64,000 nt of DNA from Spirochaetia bacterium (GTDB lineage: Bacteria; Spirochaetota; Spirochaetia; DSM-2461): positions 1,856,001-1,920,000 of the forward strand of contig CAXXIA010000002.1 of NCBI GenBank assembly GCA_963666985.2, written 5' to 3'. The translations under genes were made by a program, and so were the position numbers. Position 1 is the first letter of the stretch. Each line of letters opens with the position of its first letter. The notes beneath the pieces are model-generated. The model saw nothing but the letters and a program-made list of their open reading frames with translations, made no database searches and was not told where the DNA came from. Of this stretch, positions 61,465-64,000 are shown piece by piece.

Positions 61465-63750
61465 TTACTTATCAACCCATTTTTTCAATTGATTCCAAAT
61501 ATCTCTTGAATACTCTTCCATAAAATTCCAATCCGGTTCACCATCTTGATTAGCGGGAAGGTATATATATTCTTTTTGCAATTTTTTACCAGAAAGCATT
61601 ACTGTATAATCGTATTTTGATAATTTGTTTTTCAATACGCTACAAATGAATAATGCATTGTGTTCATTTAACTTATCATTGTATAAAAGTTTTATTGCAG
61701 AACCAGCACCACCACGACCAATAAAATCTTTTTCCTGATAAAAAGAAAATCCGCCAATTGCCGAGACAGATATACAATTACCTTTATCTAAAATTTCATT
61801 TTCTTTTGTTTCGACATATTTTTCAACACCATTATTAAATGCACCTGATGCAACAAATGGAACATCCCCATCATTAAGATAATCTGTCAGCCTACGTGCA
61901 CTAGGTTGAACAAGTTTAAAATGTCCATCTTTTCCACAGATTTTAAACCTACCCCAATTATTAATATCTATTTCATTTTCATTTTCATCTTTATCTAATG
62001 AAATTTGTTCTCGAAGAATGTCAACTAAATACTTATCTGTATTTAGTTTATCATACAAAATAAAATCAAGAATTTTATCTTTGATCTCTTCTATATTTAT
62101 ATTAGATTTGAAAAATATATAATTCAGTATTGTTTTTCTGAAATCGTATTCTGTGATATGAAATGGCTCTTCATCTACTTGATAGCTAAGATTTTCTGAT
62201 GGATCTATCCACTGAATTGATTCATCTCCACTTTGCCTATATATTACATCAACCCAATAATTTTCAATCCTTTCCCACGCATTTCTAATATCCTGTCTAC
62301 CTTGATTTTTTATTGTTTCAAGACCATCTTCTAAAATTGCACAAGAAAATATTTTTTTATTCTTATGAGGGACTCCACTATTAAAAATAAAAATACTTGT
62401 CGTGGTTCCACTAAAAATTTCTTTGGGCAATTTTATTATTTTTGTAAGTGTATGCTTTCTAAGAATTTTCTCTGTTTTTTTCTCATTTGCTTCAAGCTTT
62501 TTATCAGGCATAATAAAGGCACAAGAAGTTTCTCTTTTAACAGATTCTAAAACATTTGCTACAATATCCAAGCAGCCATATTTATTTTCAAAGGGAGGAT
62601 TCATTAATACCTTTGATATCTCTTTATTTTTAATCCATTTTTTTGCTTCTTCACTTCTACTATCTAATTGCTCTAAATTAGTTTTACCATCTTTATGTAT
62701 AAGCATATTTGCACAAGCAAGAGCATATATTTCTTTGTCAAATTCGATACCAAATAGTTGATTTTGTTTTATTTCTTTAGCCTTTGTTGTTGAGTTGCCA
62801 CCAGCTTCATTGATCATATTGCACATTGCTTTTACTAGAAAGGCACCGCTACCACATGCCGCATCAAGAATTATATCATCTTTATTAACACCGATAAGCT
62901 TATACATCAAACTTGTTATATGGTCTGGTGTAAAAACTTGTCCACTTTCACTTTTTCCTTTATATCGATTAAATTCATTAAAGAAGATGGCCATGACATC
63001 TTCACCGTTCCAGAAATCACTATTTATGTTATCACTAATATCACAAACTGCTTCAATGAAATCATCGATTGCTTCTTGATTTTCGGTAACATTCATCTTT
63101 ATAGATGAATATGCTTCAAGAAGAATATCTAATTTTAAATTTTGTTTACGAGCTTCTTCAAAACTTTTTGCTAAGGTTGTGTGTATTGAAGTATGAAAAG
63201 TAGTATAATTTAAACCTTTCACCAGGACAGAACCATACCGCTTTGCAACTAATGCACAAGCGGTAAATATCATACGGTGATAGAGATTTTTTATCCCAAA
63301 ATTAAAATGAAGGTTGTTATTAATTCTTGCTGTTATCGTATATATTTTATTTGTATCAATTTTATTTTCTGCGAATAGACTTAAGTAATATTCCTTATTT
63401 TTAAGCTCATCCTCATCTTGTAAGAAGACCCCATTCTTATAAATTTTTACTATGAACCCATTATATAAGATTTCAATATTATTTTTATATTTTATTTCAA
63501 CAATTTTAGTATTTTTAAGTAGCTCATCAATATGAATTTGTTTAAGATCGGTTGTTTCACTTTTCGCTTCTAGAATTATTGCTGGAAAGCTTTTTTCATT
63601 TGGTAAATACCAACCATCAGGTCTGTCGTTTATTCCAGAAAATCCTAATTGATTAAATGTCGTAATTTGGCCCACACCACTTATTGCGGACTCTGTGTCT
63701 TTAAAAGCTAGAATTTTTCCTGCTTTATCTCTTACTTTATCTTCAGTCAT
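61465..63750 (-). CDS. Type IIG-like RM fusion (endonuclease + N6-MTase + specificity domain)
   Basis: PDGW...EAK; GQVFTP, DAACGSG, NPPF; C-terminal TRD ending GEPDWNFME. Confidence 0.85.
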   Translation of the reverse strand: MTEDKVRDKAGKILAFKDTESAISGVGQITTFNQLGFSGINDRPDGWYLPNEKSFPAIILEAKSETTDLKQIHIDELLKNTKIVEIKYKNNIEILYNGFIVKIYKNGVFLQDEDELKNKEYYLSLFAENKIDTNKIYTITARINNNLHFNFGIKNLYHRMIFTACALVAKRYGSVLVKGLNYTTFHTSIHTTLAKSFEEARKQNLKLDILLEAYSSIKMNVTENQEAIDDFIEAVCDISDNINSDFWNGEDVMAIFFNEFNRYKGKSESGQVFTPDHITSLMYKLIGVNKDDIILDAACGSGAFLVKAMCNMINEAGGNSTTKAKEIKQNQLFGIEFDKEIYALACANMLIHKDGKTNLEQLDSRSEEAKKWIKNKEISKVLMNPPFENKYGCLDIVANVLESVKRETSCAFIMPDKKLEANEKKTEKILRKHTLTKIIKLPKEIFSGTTTSIFIFNSGVPHKNKKIFSCAILEDGLETIKNQGRQDIRNAWERIENYWVDVIYRQSGDESIQWIDPSENLSYQVDEEPFHITEYDFRKTILNYIFFKSNINIEEIKDKILDFILYDKLNTDKYLVDILREQISLDKDENENEIDINNWGRFKICGKDGHFKLVQPSARRLTDYLNDGDVPFVASGAFNNGVEKYVETKENEILDKGNCISVSAIGGFSFYQEKDFIGRGGAGSAIKLLYNDKLNEHNALFICSVLKNKLSKYDYTVMLSGKKLQKEYIYLPANQDGEPDWNFMEEYSRDIWNQLKKWVDK

Positions 63751-63901
63751 AATATTTCATCTCTCATTCTTAAGTCTTTTTCAGGCTCTAAATTTATGTT
63801 TTCTATAGCCAAAATAGAAACTTTTTAATTCATTATTTAATCTCATCCTATCATATTTTTTTAGGATTTTCATTATGTCTATTTTCTGTAAATTTCAATA
63901 T

Positions 63902-63940
63902 GCATAACATTATATATTATGTACTTTGTCGATAATTCGT
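63902..63940 (-). other. Putative attI
   Basis: Cassette end GCATAAC is not followed by an attC body; minus strand reads ...GTACATAATATATAAT-GTTATGC. Confidence 0.6.
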
Positions 63941-64000
63941 AAAAGCTGTATAAAATTGCGCAAAAATGTCATATAAGGAGAATATCAAGTATAAATTATG

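Larger units (their letters stand above)
1254..63940. mobile_element. Integron gene-cassette array (superintegron), about 35 attC-like sites; integrase not in window
   Basis: Recurrent palindromic repeat bounded by AAC...GTT separating unrelated 1-3 gene units whose two ends are mutually complementary; duplicated cassettes; many TA cassettes. Confidence 0.93.

Noticed and set aside
1..64000. Reverse transcriptase, integrase, rRNA or tRNA genes
   Set aside because: No such motifs or structures seen in the window

Overview
The whole 64 kb is part of a very large integron cassette array (superintegron), probably from a spirochaete; the host is inferred, not shown. I count 34 copies of a long (about 200-275 bp) resident attC-like repeat (xxxxAAC-AGCTGTTGATGCG ... 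CGCATA(C/A)CAGCGGnnC-GTTxxxx) and one canonical 'foreign' attC on the minus strand. A probable attI lies at the far right, facing back into the array (Treponema-type reverse arrangement). No integrase gene is inside the window. Cargo is AT-rich and defence-heavy: NACHT NTPase, type II RM, Mrr, a type IIG-like RM fusion, TIR+caspase (type IV Thoeris-like), a nucleotide-cyclase-PIN fusion, PIN-like, Fic, DUF2971, EEP nuclease and 7 TA modules. Lipoproteins, an RHS toxin tip with putative immunity gene, a two-component system and repeated ORF-less cassettes are also present. Nine IS copies (4 IS481-family, 4 IS3-family, 1 IS21) and a MITE interrupt the array. Four signals stand out: (i) IS481-family copies inserted 25-26 bp from the attC GTT in one orientation; (ii) a reused cassette 'chassis' with subterminal hairpins carrying unrelated antisense cargo, plus a near-empty version; (iii) cassette termini complementary over about 10-22 bp with a recurrent A/C mismatch at position 11; (iv) conserved, apparently structured ORF-less cassettes.
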